This document shows, one piece after another, positions 63,965-64,000 of a stretch of DNA of 64,000 bases; within the stretch, counting starts at the first letter, position 1; each line of letters opens with the position of its first letter. A program made the position numbers and the translations under genes. The notes under the pieces were generated by a model that saw only the letters and a list, made by a program, of their open reading frames with translations, had not been told where the DNA came from and ran no database searches. The DNA comes from Octopus vulgaris (lineage: Eukaryota), in NCBI GenBank assembly GCA_951406725.2, contig OX597820.1:103850001-103914000 (forward strand). The letters are read 5' to 3'.

Positions 63965-64000
63965 TGTATTATGTATATATATATGTATATATATGTATAT

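Overview
This is AT-rich, repeat-dense animal DNA. The SINE families, microsatellite load and retroelement mix point to a coleoid cephalopod, most likely Octopus (inference). Host genes: (1) the last six coding exons of a calpain-type penta-EF-hand gene on + (993-10931), including a U12 minor-spliceosome intron; (2) six identical tRNA-Ser(GCT) genes plus one pseudogene (23.4-39.8 kb), partly generated by a duplication/inversion that recombined inside a MITE; (3) an intronless SPATA2/tamozhennic-like PUB-domain ORF (61123-61821). The rest is mobile DNA: tRNA-derived SINEs, two dead mariners, hAT/Tc1/piggyBac-like MITEs, foldback elements, RTE/CR1/CRE LINE pieces (one near-intact young RTE), a solo LTR, Penelope-like (PLE) fragments and a 10-bp higher-order satellite. 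The main unexplained signal is a set of hammerhead-ribozyme motifs in PLE-like repeats. Besides ordinary minimal type-I motifs, two unrelated repeat families (14986-15047 and 16304-16364 on -, 43837-43895 on +) carry the three hammerhead strands in a non-circularly permuted order that fits none of types I-III, with linker lengths matching the known 3D fold. All structures were read by eye, and repeat boundaries are approximate unless a TSD or TIR is cited.
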